Source: a virus (lineage: Duplodnaviria; Caudoviricetes). From it: 37,555 bases of DNA. Position 1 is the first letter of the stretch. The number at the start of each line of letters is the position of its first letter. The translations under genes were made by a program, and so were the position numbers. This document shows positions 18,011 through 27,074 of this stretch, in pieces. Location: positions 1 through 37,555 of the IMG/VR virus record IMGVR_UViG_3300037607_000015; one strand, 5' to 3'. The notes beneath the pieces are model-generated. The model searched no databases, was not told where the DNA came from, and was given only the letters and a program-made list of their open reading frames with translations.

Positions 18011-18340
18011 ATGAAACGCCTGGCTATTCTTGCTGCACCTCTGCTTCTCGCCTGCACCGGGTTTTCCCAGGACCTGGGGATCATCAGCACGAAGCGGAAC
18101 TTCGACGGCGCATTTGACTCGATCCATGTGTCCACGACATACCAGTGGCGATGCGTGGACGTGGTGCACTGTTCAGGGACGGACACGCTCCATATCTACC
18201 TGAATGCAGACACGGCCGCGACTCAACGCTGGTACTGCATCCCGGGGACCACCACCTTCATCCCCGCCTCCCGGATCAAGTACATCTACGTCAGGTCCGC
18301 GACCGGCGGAACGGTGAACGCGATCGTCCAAACCAAGTGA
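18011..18340 (+). CDS. signal-peptide-bearing small beta-sandwich protein (possible spike base)
   Basis: GGGGGAG RBS; MKRLAILAAPLLLACTGFS|Q (LLAC could alternatively be a lipobox); 'IKYIYVRS'. Confidence 0.75.
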   Translation: MKRLAILAAPLLLACTGFSQDLGIISTKRNFDGAFDSIHVSTTYQWRCVDVVHCSGTDTLHIYLNADTAATQRWYCIPGTTTFIPASRIKYIYVRSATGGTVNAIVQTK

Positions 18341-18347
18341 GGGTATC

Positions 18348-21290
18348 ATGAGGAGGCATTGTATGCTGGCATTGGTCATCGCCTCCTGTGCAAGTGCATT
18401 TGGCCAGGGGGCGGCCCTCCAGCTGAGGCTCAAGGATTCGACTGGGACCCCCACGATCGCGCCGGGGGAGATCGTGATCTACAGCCAGGGGATCCTCGGC
18501 CTCATGCTCAAATCGAGCGCCGGCGTACAGAGGCTTGATACCTCGAGCTCCGGGCTTGTGGGGACGGACGCCGTGGCGCGGGACTCGATCACGAGCCACC
18601 GGGCGAATCTGGCCACGCTCTTTGCCAACTATGCGATCTACGGCGACTCGGACGGCGTGCACCGGACGAATATCAATGCGCTGTTCCTGCAAAATACGGT
18701 CTGGTCAGACTCCTTCGCAGCGCACCTGGCCCAGATCATCGCGCTCTATGCCTCAAAAAGCGATACCGGGCACACGCACACGCAGGCGCAAATAACCGGA
18801 CTCTCCGGTGCCCTGGCCACGAAGTCAGATACCGGGCATGTGCACGCGATCTCGAAAGTCACAGGACTCCAGGATTCCCTGAACTCGAGGATCAGGTACG
18901 GTGATACCGGGAGTGTGATCGCAACCCGTTCATGGGTTCTTGCCCAGGGTTTCGGTTCTGGCACCGGAAGCCCGGGCCTCCCGGATACGGCTGCAGCGCT
19001 CAGGCTCGTGATCGGGGATTCCGCACAGTACCAGCGGCAGCGGTTGGCGGACTCTTCCCAGGCCATGCGGAGCTTGATCTCAGGGAAGGAGAACACCCTC
19101 AGCAAGGGGAATCTCACGGAGGTCACATCGTCGGTACTCACGATCTCCGGCGGGACAAGCGCGGTGATCGGGAGCGGGACAACCATCCAGGTCAAGCAGG
19201 CAGGATCCGGGCAGGGGGGCTTCCTCTCGAGCGGAGACTGGACCACGTTCAATGCCAAGCAGCCCGCGCTAACTCTGGGGAATTTCACGGAATCAACCTC
19301 CTCGGTCCTGACCATCACCGGCGGAACCGGGGCCGTCATTGGTTCAGGTCTCTCGCTTCAGGTAAAACAGGCGGGGAGCTCTCAGAGTGGGTACCTCTCA
19401 GGATCGGACTGGTTGACGTTCAATGCCAAGGCTCCCACGGTGTCTCCCACCTTCACCGGCACGGTGACACTCCCAATAGGGCTCACTGGCACTTTGCGTG
19501 CGACCGCAGGCGTTGTGACCGCCACGCCATCCGACAGTGCTGGAATTGCCGCACTCCTGTTCGGCAAGATCGCCAAGGGGGATACGAATACCTATGTGGC
19601 AACGAGAACATGGGTGCAGGACCAAGGCTACATCTCTTCCGCAACCACCGATTCTTCGTCGAACAACCACATCCTCATCAGGGTTGGAGACAACATCGTT
19701 GACCTGAATCTGGGTGTTGGGATGTCACTCAACACCACCACTCGGACGCTGAGTGCGACGGGAGGTGGGGGTGGGGGGACTGGACTTTCAGGATATTTTG
19801 CCGTCACTGATTATGGTGCCGACTCCACGGGAAGTGCTGAGTGCGCGAGTCAACTTCAGGACGCTGCCGATGCTGCCGCTGCTGCCGGAGGTGTGTTGCA
19901 CTTCCCCAACGGAACGTACAAGACCGCGAGCACGGTGACGATTGCTTCTGCTGTCTCAAGTGCAAGCGCGACCATTTCCATGACTGCGAGCACAGAACCG
20001 GCGGTGATCTTTGAAGCCCCAGATGACCAGACATTCACCTACGGGGGGAGAGAAGTGCATTTCCCGACGGTTTCCTACGCGGGTCACACCGATGGCGGGA
20101 CCTCGTGGCCTGCTGATTCAACGACCTGTGTGGGCGTGAAGATCACCAAGTCTCTCGGTTGGCGGTTCTATTTTCAGGTGGTGAGGGGGTTCACGGTCGG
20201 CGTTCTGGTGGGTGGGTCCACGGAGATCGCCGCGTACAATACCCTTCTTGGTGGGACGCTGGCAAACAACCGCGTTAACCTCGCTATTGGAGCATCGAGC
20301 ACGGGTTGGACGAACGCCAACTACGTCAAGTTCATGCGCTTCGAGCATGATGGCACCCCACCGGCAAACTGTTGCCATATCCAAATTCGGGGGAACGGAT
20401 CGAACCCTCCCGACGACCTGGTGTTTGAGAGTTGCGCGATTGAAGCTGGTGGAACGGGATACTACATCATGCAGATCGACGCTGCGCTCAATATCTGGCG
20501 CGACTGTCGGTTCGAGTCTCAGGGCGGTGCCCCCCATGTGTGGCTCGGCACCAACGCTGCGCCGGGGAATGAGATTACGGGGATGTACGCTGAGACCATC
20601 GTGTTTGATGGACCCGCCACCTACGTCAAGGGCGCGATGTCGAGCAATGAAATGGGTTCCTACCGCCGCTCTCCCGGCAACTACCCGGCGTTCACGGGCG
20701 TGCACATGAGTGACACTGAGGGCCCGGTCTTCACGGTGATGGACTACAATAGCACCTGGAACACAAACAGGAATACGAGATGGACATGGGCCGCATCCTC
20801 TGATTGGATTGCAGGGAAAGCGACGGCTGATAGCAATGCGACCCCGAAGTGGAAGATCGGGAACTCAAACGGCAACGCTGATTTCTCTGGAACATTGACC
20901 AAGGGTGCGGGCTCATTCAAGATCGACAATCCCGCGAACCCGGACAATGAGTTCCTACAGCACTCATTTGTCGAGTCCCCCGATATGATGAACGTCTACA
21001 ACGGGATCGTCACCACGGGCAAAGACAGCACGGCGACCATTGAGATGCCCGATTGGTTCATGCCCTTAAACCGTGACTTCCGCTATCAACTGACCACGAT
21101 CGGCTCGTTTGCGCGGGTGATGGTTCTGAGGGAGATGAAGGACGGCAGGTTCACGATTAAGAGTGCCGGGAAAAATGTCAAAGTATCCTGGCAGGTCACG
21201 GGGATCAGGCATGACCCATTCGCGGAGAAGAACCGGATTCCAACTGTGACAAAGAAACTGCCCGACGAGATCGGGAAACGAAGATACTAA
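18348..21290 (+). CDS. tail fibre/tailspike with signal peptide, fibre repeats, pectate-lyase-3-like beta-helix and a conserved C-terminal domain
   Basis: MRRHCMLALVIASCASAFG|Q, HTHxxxxITGL repeats, 'VTDYGAD..GGVLHFPNGTYK', 'GSFKIDNP...LQHSFVESPDMMNVYNG'. Confidence 0.85.
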   Translation: MRRHCMLALVIASCASAFGQGAALQLRLKDSTGTPTIAPGEIVIYSQGILGLMLKSSAGVQRLDTSSSGLVGTDAVARDSITSHRANLATLFANYAIYGDSDGVHRTNINALFLQNTVWSDSFAAHLAQIIALYASKSDTGHTHTQAQITGLSGALATKSDTGHVHAISKVTGLQDSLNSRIRYGDTGSVIATRSWVLAQGFGSGTGSPGLPDTAAALRLVIGDSAQYQRQRLADSSQAMRSLISGKENTLSKGNLTEVTSSVLTISGGTSAVIGSGTTIQVKQAGSGQGGFLSSGDWTTFNAKQPALTLGNFTESTSSVLTITGGTGAVIGSGLSLQVKQAGSSQSGYLSGSDWLTFNAKAPTVSPTFTGTVTLPIGLTGTLRATAGVVTATPSDSAGIAALLFGKIAKGDTNTYVATRTWVQDQGYISSATTDSSSNNHILIRVGDNIVDLNLGVGMSLNTTTRTLSATGGGGGGTGLSGYFAVTDYGADSTGSAECASQLQDAADAAAAAGGVLHFPNGTYKTASTVTIASAVSSASATISMTASTEPAVIFEAPDDQTFTYGGREVHFPTVSYAGHTDGGTSWPADSTTCVGVKITKSLGWRFYFQVVRGFTVGVLVGGSTEIAAYNTLLGGTLANNRVNLAIGASSTGWTNANYVKFMRFEHDGTPPANCCHIQIRGNGSNPPDDLVFESCAIEAGGTGYYIMQIDAALNIWRDCRFESQGGAPHVWLGTNAAPGNEITGMYAETIVFDGPATYVKGAMSSNEMGSYRRSPGNYPAFTGVHMSDTEGPVFTVMDYNSTWNTNRNTRWTWAASSDWIAGKATADSNATPKWKIGNSNGNADFSGTLTKGAGSFKIDNPANPDNEFLQHSFVESPDMMNVYNGIVTTGKDSTATIEMPDWFMPLNRDFRYQLTTIGSFARVMVLREMKDGRFTIKSAGKNVKVSWQVTGIRHDPFAEKNRIPTVTKKLPDEIGKRRY
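19107..19430 (+). repeat. tandem duplication with a 171-bp (57-aa) period in the fibre gene
   Basis: GN(L/F)TE.TSSVLTI.GGT.AVIGSG...QVKQAGS.Q.G.LS..DW.TFNAK occurs twice, starting at 19107 and 19278. Confidence 0.9.
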
Positions 21291-21310
21291 GGCCATAAGG
21301 GGGGAATGTG

Positions 21311-22501
21311 ATGAAACGAACTGCTGCAATTTTTGCACTTGTTCTCGCGGCCTCGCTGGTCGCTGCACAGACTTCATATCGTGGCGCGTCCTCGGATGCC
21401 CTGGGATGGTTCAATGCGAAAGCGACTTATGGGGCGGTCGGTGATTCTGTGACTAACGATGCGACGGCAATTCAAAACGCGATCAACGCCGCGAGTGCCG
21501 CCGGGGGTGGAGTGGTCTATCTCCCCACGGGGAAGTTCCTCATCGGTAGTGCGCTTACCATGAAAGCGTATGTGACGCTTCGCGGCGCAGGAGAAAACGC
21601 GACGCTCCTAACGGGGAATACGAGATTGATCCGTGTCCCCAATGGTGAATCAAGTTGGCGCATTGAGGATATGACGCTGAAGCCGTGGAATGGTGCGGCA
21701 ATCTATATCCCCGGAACTTCGACGTTCTGGCAGATCACCAATACAGACTTTAACCAACAAGCCGGTACGTTTCCGGCGATTCAGGCAGACTCCGCGACTT
21801 CCGATGTCGAGAACGGCGTTATCTCTAAGTGCTCGTTCTCAATGGTTCTGAACGCTACTAAGCCTTTGATCCGTTGGGTTGGAACCGGAGGGACGGTTAA
21901 CCAGAACTCCATCCAGAACTGTCTCTTTCAGGCAAACTACAACGAATCGCAGTACATGATCTTCATCAACGACAGTTCCAATAACTACTGCTATTCCAAT
22001 TCGTTCAAGGACATTTGTTTCGAGACCTGTGAGGGTGGAGCGATGTGGTTGGGTTCTCAATCGGGGGCAGTTCTACAGAACTGCATGGTCTATGATATGA
22101 TCGACACCGTGAACAATGACCTGTTTTACATCGGTCGGAGTTCCTCTGGCACAGCACTTTCTGTGAACAACACCATGATGAACTGCGGGTATGTTGGCAG
22201 CGGAACGATCATGCTTTCAGGGAAATACCACATCAACCTTCTGGCTGCGAACTACACGTTGATGCTGAACTGCGCCGGGACACCCACGACGCTGACCTAT
22301 ATCGAATCGGGGAATGACATTTCCATCGGCTCAGAGATCACTTCAAACGGAACAGAGTCGGCGCGGTGGTGGGCGACGAAGAAAGTCTCTCTGAGGTATC
22401 TCCCGACCTATGCCGATAACGCGGCGGCACTTATAGGCGGGCTTGGGAAGGGGAGTCTTTACCAGACCGCAACGGGCGAAGTCCGAATCGTAACAGAATG
22501 A
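21311..22501 (+). CDS. signal-peptide-bearing pectate-lyase-3-like beta-helix protein (tailspike/depolymerase)
   Basis: MKRTAAIFALVLAASLVAA|Q, 'YGAVGD..NDATAIQNAINAA...GGGVVYLPTGKF', C-terminal 'LPTYADNAAA..GGL..G.LY.T'. Confidence 0.85.
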   Translation: MKRTAAIFALVLAASLVAAQTSYRGASSDALGWFNAKATYGAVGDSVTNDATAIQNAINAASAAGGGVVYLPTGKFLIGSALTMKAYVTLRGAGENATLLTGNTRLIRVPNGESSWRIEDMTLKPWNGAAIYIPGTSTFWQITNTDFNQQAGTFPAIQADSATSDVENGVISKCSFSMVLNATKPLIRWVGTGGTVNQNSIQNCLFQANYNESQYMIFINDSSNNYCYSNSFKDICFETCEGGAMWLGSQSGAVLQNCMVYDMIDTVNNDLFYIGRSSSGTALSVNNTMMNCGYVGSGTIMLSGKYHINLLAANYTLMLNCAGTPTTLTYIESGNDISIGSEITSNGTESARWWATKKVSLRYLPTYADNAAALIGGLGKGSLYQTATGEVRIVTE

Positions 22502-25449
22502 CCCGTCTTGCTCTCATACTGGCATTTATCCCCCTTCTGGCTTGGGGTCAGGTCGGCTACGACGGTGTATCGACCTCGGTTTCTCCGAGTCTGGAATCCT
22601 CGCGCTCGTTCAACTCACCGAATGTCGCAGGCAATACGAACCGTGGGGGGGTCGTTTATGTCCACTGGCAGAACTCTACCGTTAATGACCAGTCGGTGAC
22701 GTGGAACGGGGTCTCGATGACCTACCGCTCACGGACACGGGGCAATAACAACCACTGCCTCGCGGTCTACGAGCTTGCGAATGTGCCCACGGGGGTTTCG
22801 ACTGTGGTTGTCACCATGTCCGGCTCAACGGTGATCGAATGCGCGGCGTATTCGGTCTACAACGTCAACCAAACCAACGTGCTCGGTACGCCTGTCGCAG
22901 CCACGGGCACGGGAGCCACGGCTTCGGTTTCGGTCTCAACGTCCTCTGCCAATGAACTTGTGATCGGAGGTGCGACTGTTGGAACAGACCTGACCAACGG
23001 CGCGGGGCAGACACAGAGATACAACATCTCAAACGAGGTCAATGGGAACACGGGGGCCGGGGCGACGAAAGCAGGCACGGGGGGTTCGGTCTCGCTTTCG
23101 TGGACCGTGGGCGATGCGGACGACTGGACGGCACTTGCGGCAAAGGTGAATTGGGACACGACAGGCGGGGGTGGAGGAGGTGGAGGAAGCGGCTCAACAG
23201 GGCTCCACGGTATCAGCCTTTGGGCCGCAGACCAGATCACCAACGTCTACGAAGATCAGGGGACTCAGTGGGAATACGCCAATGATTCAAACGCGGTCTG
23301 GAAAACCACCGGGGCCGTGGACTCAATCATCATCTGGTCCTGCCGCAATATGTTCACTGGCTGGCAGTTGGTGTTTAGGGGAGGAGATACGACCGTTGCC
23401 CATGTGAACACCTGGCTGCCGTTCCTTGTGAATGCAGATGGTGACAAGATCGAGAACACCTCCAATGATCCCACACAGTTTGTCGGGAGGAAGATCGAGC
23501 CGTTCCTCGGGAACCCGGTCTGGGTCACAATGCGAAACGCGGAGGGCCACTGGACGAACGGCAAGCCCTTGCCGGATGAGGATTATGTCCGAAGGTCGTT
23601 TGAACAATGGCTTCCGCTGGAAGCCGACACGGTGACGATCGTGAACGGCGATGGTGAGATCACCCAGGGCGGTGCCGGGAACTCCACAAATGCGAGAAGT
23701 GGTGGGGGATTCACTGTCCAGGCGAATCTCAATTCCGTGGTGCTCTATGACGTGTTCGTTGACAAAACGATTCCAAGGGGGGAATACTACGGGAGCGTCA
23801 GAGCGTGGGTCGTAGGTCAAACCGATACAACCTCGATCCCGGTTCACTTATCCGTGTACTCGCCAACGCTGAGTGACACAAACCATTATCCCGTGTTCAC
23901 GCACATGGACGGCGATCTCTTTGCCAACTATGGCGGGACGAGTTACGGTGATGGGAATTACTGGAACTACTGGAAAAAAACCAGCCACTTATTCCACCGT
24001 CACCGGATGGACATTCAACTCGCACAGGAGAAGATTGATACAATTCGTGTCAGGGAAATGGGGTATTTCACCGGATGGAGATATACGGCGGGTCAGGGGT
24101 ATGCGGGGCCGGGAGTTGGAGTAGGGAACCGGATGTACTCAGCGAATCTCTACGGGACGAACTTCGTACAGTTTCCTCCGATGCGGATGTATCTCTTGGG
24201 GTCTTACGGTGATACTCAAGCGGGATGGCGTAGCGCAACGGATGACCTCTATACCCTGTTCTCGGACTCGCTCGGAGCCATCAACGACAACGCTGTAGGT
24301 GGGAGAATCATTTCGCTTGAGGGGATTGACGAACCCAACACGGTAGCACAGCGGGACTCGATGAACACCCGCGCTGATTGGGTAAGGACCGGAACGGGAA
24401 CGGGCAACAAGAAAATTCATCTGTTCATGCCTCTGGAAGCCGCGCACTCAGAACTGATGGAGCATTCCCCGGCCTCTGGCTATACGATCTCGTGGGATAT
24501 GCCAGCCCCGGATTGCATCATGGACGGCACGAATGGCTACCGGACTCAGAGGGGATCAACAACGAACTCCTACGAGGCCGAGCAAATACGTTCTATGACT
24601 GCAAGCGACAGTCTCCCGGCACTCGTGGGAACCTACAACTCGCACGAAGGCTCTGTGCCTCAGATGGAATACCGGGATCATGGGCTTGCAGAAGTGGCTC
24701 TCTGGCCCTGGGTGATGCCGTACTACGACATTGACTATTGGTTCCTCTGGACCACAACCTCGTACACCCAATCCGGCAGCGGTGCAAACGGCTGGCAGAC
24801 GATCCCGGATGTGGGAGCGGGGAATTATCTCTACCTCGGGAAGGACGTGAAGTACGCGGCAGAGAACCGGAACCTGGAAATGCCGATAGCCTCTGCGCGG
24901 ATCAAGGCTCTCAGAAACGGCCTCCAACACGCGGAGATGATCTGGCTGGCAAAACAAGCGGCGGTGATGGACACGAACTGGTATCACCATGCAGGACTTT
25001 ATGCTGCATTCAACGACTGGCTGACATGGCCCACGAAACACACGAGTTCCGGCCCGTCAAGCTGGACATATCTGAGGGGGTTCACCGTTGAAGCTGCGGC
25101 AAAGGAAATAGCCTTAGCGCTTGATGCCGGGAGCGGGACTGAAACGCTGGAGATCACGACAAGTTCCCCCTTGACGGCCGGGACTGTCGGATCTGCGTAT
25201 TCCCTTGCCCTCGGATCGACGGGCGGAACAGCGCCCTATGCTTACGAGACCCTCAGTGGATCGCTCCCGGGTGGGCTGTCGCTCTCTGAGGCGGGGATCC
25301 TCTCAGGCACACCCACGGATTCCGGGATTTTCAGTTTCACCGTACAGGTCACAGACGATGCAGACGCCACTGCGACAAAAGCATTCTCATTGACGATCAA
25401 CGTGAGTTCCACGCCTCGTGCGGGACTCCTCCCATGGCACAGAATATAG
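22498..25449 (+). CDS. signal-peptide-bearing multidomain glycoside-hydrolase-like protein (DUF4091/GH123-like) with a C-terminal He_PIG Ig domain
   Basis: MTRLALILAFIPLLAWG|Q, poly-Gly linker, 'DEPN' catalytic-like motif, 'SARIKALRNGLQ', 'GGTAPY....GSLPGGLSL..G.LSGTPT'. Confidence 0.7.
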   Translation: MTRLALILAFIPLLAWGQVGYDGVSTSVSPSLESSRSFNSPNVAGNTNRGGVVYVHWQNSTVNDQSVTWNGVSMTYRSRTRGNNNHCLAVYELANVPTGVSTVVVTMSGSTVIECAAYSVYNVNQTNVLGTPVAATGTGATASVSVSTSSANELVIGGATVGTDLTNGAGQTQRYNISNEVNGNTGAGATKAGTGGSVSLSWTVGDADDWTALAAKVNWDTTGGGGGGGGSGSTGLHGISLWAADQITNVYEDQGTQWEYANDSNAVWKTTGAVDSIIIWSCRNMFTGWQLVFRGGDTTVAHVNTWLPFLVNADGDKIENTSNDPTQFVGRKIEPFLGNPVWVTMRNAEGHWTNGKPLPDEDYVRRSFEQWLPLEADTVTIVNGDGEITQGGAGNSTNARSGGGFTVQANLNSVVLYDVFVDKTIPRGEYYGSVRAWVVGQTDTTSIPVHLSVYSPTLSDTNHYPVFTHMDGDLFANYGGTSYGDGNYWNYWKKTSHLFHRHRMDIQLAQEKIDTIRVREMGYFTGWRYTAGQGYAGPGVGVGNRMYSANLYGTNFVQFPPMRMYLLGSYGDTQAGWRSATDDLYTLFSDSLGAINDNAVGGRIISLEGIDEPNTVAQRDSMNTRADWVRTGTGTGNKKIHLFMPLEAAHSELMEHSPASGYTISWDMPAPDCIMDGTNGYRTQRGSTTNSYEAEQIRSMTASDSLPALVGTYNSHEGSVPQMEYRDHGLAEVALWPWVMPYYDIDYWFLWTTTSYTQSGSGANGWQTIPDVGAGNYLYLGKDVKYAAENRNLEMPIASARIKALRNGLQHAEMIWLAKQAAVMDTNWYHHAGLYAAFNDWLTWPTKHTSSGPSSWTYLRGFTVEAAAKEIALALDAGSGTETLEITTSSPLTAGTVGSAYSLALGSTGGTAPYAYETLSGSLPGGLSLSEAGILSGTPTDSGIFSFTVQVTDDADATATKAFSLTINVSSTPRAGLLPWHRI

Positions 25450-25460
25450 GAGGTCAATCC

Positions 25461-25811
25461 ATGTCTCCCAGCGACAACGAACGGCCGGTGAGATTCTCCA
25501 TGACGGTTCGGGATTGGATCTACTCAACCATTTTCGTCGTCGGCATGATTGGAGCGTGGGTCAGTGGGCAGGTTACGGTTGCCGAGGTGAAGGCGTGGGG
25601 CGAAGGGCCGCGAGGCAGGCTCTATATGCTGGAAGAGGACGTGAAGAAGCACCATACCGACACGACGAAGGAAATGGAGAACAAGATCCAGGCCGATCAT
25701 GATATGCTGGTTGCGCTTGAAGGAAAAATTCAACGGCTCACCGAAGTCACGGATACTCAGAACAAGCTCTATTTTGAACTGCTGAAGGAACTCAGGTCCC
25801 GGCAGCGTTGA
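25461..25811 (+). CDS. single-TM coiled-coil lysis-module protein (holin/antiholin or inner spanin-like)
   Basis: GGAGG RBS, ATG 25461, TM 'WIYSTIFVVGMIGAWV' followed by a heptad-rich C-terminus. Confidence 0.6.
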   Translation: MSPSDNERPVRFSMTVRDWIYSTIFVVGMIGAWVSGQVTVAEVKAWGEGPRGRLYMLEEDVKKHHTDTTKEMENKIQADHDMLVALEGKIQRLTEVTDTQNKLYFELLKELRSRQR

Positions 25812-25838
25812 TGCCCAACAATCACACTAGGAGGCAGT

Positions 25839-26660
25839 ATGGATATTCTGTCGGTATTCGGGACGCTCACCACATTGGTGGGCGGCGTCACGCTTCTGGC
25901 GGAACTGGTCGATAAGCTCTGGCATCTCGACGGCTGGTTCGCCCAGGCGCGGTCTCTCGTCCTTGCACTGATCCTCGGGCTTGCCGGAGCCGGCCTCCAG
26001 ATCGGCATGTTTGCTGATCCCGTGGTCATGGGAACGCTCGCCTGGTATTTCGCAGGGCCGATCATCGGATTGGCTGCAGGCTTGATCGCCAACTGGTCGT
26101 TTACCACGCCGATCGTCCTCAAGGTCCTCGAACTGATAAAACTCCGGCCGAAGGTGGTCATCCTGGTCATGCTTCTCGCCCTGCCCGGACTTGCCGGCGC
26201 ACAGACGTTCGACAACTTCTGGCATCCAGCGCCCATGATCACCGGATCCGCATCTCAGCCGAGGACGTTAGCGAAAGCGACAGCGGTGGGCCTTGGCGGG
26301 GTTATCTGGGAATTCAAGCCCACGGTTCAGGTCTCCGCCACAAGCATCCGCGCCGGCGCAACAGGAGCGGACCCCATGCTGGTGACGTTTCTCTCTGCGG
26401 CAGGTCCAGCGCTCACGCTCCAGAAGACGGTCCAGGATGCAAACGGCGTCAACTACGCGCAGTATTCGGGCAGCCTGGCATTCCTGGTGACGGGACGGAC
26501 GGACGAAGGGCCCACCTTCCAGCCGGCGGTGGCGCTCACGGTGGGCTTCCTGAATAACATCGTCCAGCTGGGCGCAGGGTACGAACTCACAGCCGTGAAT
26601 CCCTCGCGGCAGCGGATCTTCGGACTTCTCTCGATCGGGGTCAACCTCACGAACAACTGA
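25839..26660 (+). CDS. holin-like multi-TM protein fused via an internal signal peptide to a beta-barrel-like domain
   Basis: Three N-terminal TM helices, then 'RPKVVILVMLLALPGLAGA|Q' and amphipathic beta strands ending 'RIFGLLSIGVNL'. Confidence 0.6.
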   Translation: MDILSVFGTLTTLVGGVTLLAELVDKLWHLDGWFAQARSLVLALILGLAGAGLQIGMFADPVVMGTLAWYFAGPIIGLAAGLIANWSFTTPIVLKVLELIKLRPKVVILVMLLALPGLAGAQTFDNFWHPAPMITGSASQPRTLAKATAVGLGGVIWEFKPTVQVSATSIRAGATGADPMLVTFLSAAGPALTLQKTVQDANGVNYAQYSGSLAFLVTGRTDEGPTFQPAVALTVGFLNNIVQLGAGYELTAVNPSRQRIFGLLSIGVNLTNN

Positions 26661-26669
26661 GATCGCGCC

Positions 26670-27074
26670 ATGACCTTCGCAGCTCATGCGATCGCGGGAG
26701 CCGGAGTGCATGCAACGCTCGGGCTGCTTATCCTCCGGCGCGGCTTCACGAGGACCTGGTGGTGGTGGCTCGTAGTGAGCGGCGGCCTGTTCGGCATGGC
26801 CCCGGATGCCGTCGACTGGATCGTGTACCACCTGGGTTTGAGCGCGCGGTGGGTCATCTACGGCCTCATGCACCATGGCTGGATCTCCGACATCCTCCAG
26901 TACGTCCCGGCCTACTGGCTGCACCTGGAGATCGACAAGGTGGTCCATGTATATCCCGGCTACGCATGGTGGCCGGATTATGCCTGGCTCGAGATCCTCC
27001 ACTGGTTCCTCGGGGCGGGCCTCATCTTCTGGACATTCGTGTTCTCGAAACGCTCGCTCGATGGAAATCCCTGA
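26670..27074 (+). CDS. YdjM-like membrane metal-dependent hydrolase
   Basis: N-terminal H..G, 'GMAPD.VD', 'HH' and 'HLEID' motifs within TM segments. Confidence 0.6.
   Translation: MTFAAHAIAGAGVHATLGLLILRRGFTRTWWWWLVVSGGLFGMAPDAVDWIVYHLGLSARWVIYGLMHHGWISDILQYVPAYWLHLEIDKVVHVYPGYAWWPDYAWLEILHWFLGAGLIFWTFVFSKRSLDGNP

Noticed and set aside
19107-19430. 171-bp-period repeat as a DGR template/variable repeat or CRISPR array
   Set aside because: It is an in-frame coding duplication with mostly synonymous differences not restricted to adenines. No reverse transcriptase, cas gene or spacer pattern is visible in the window.
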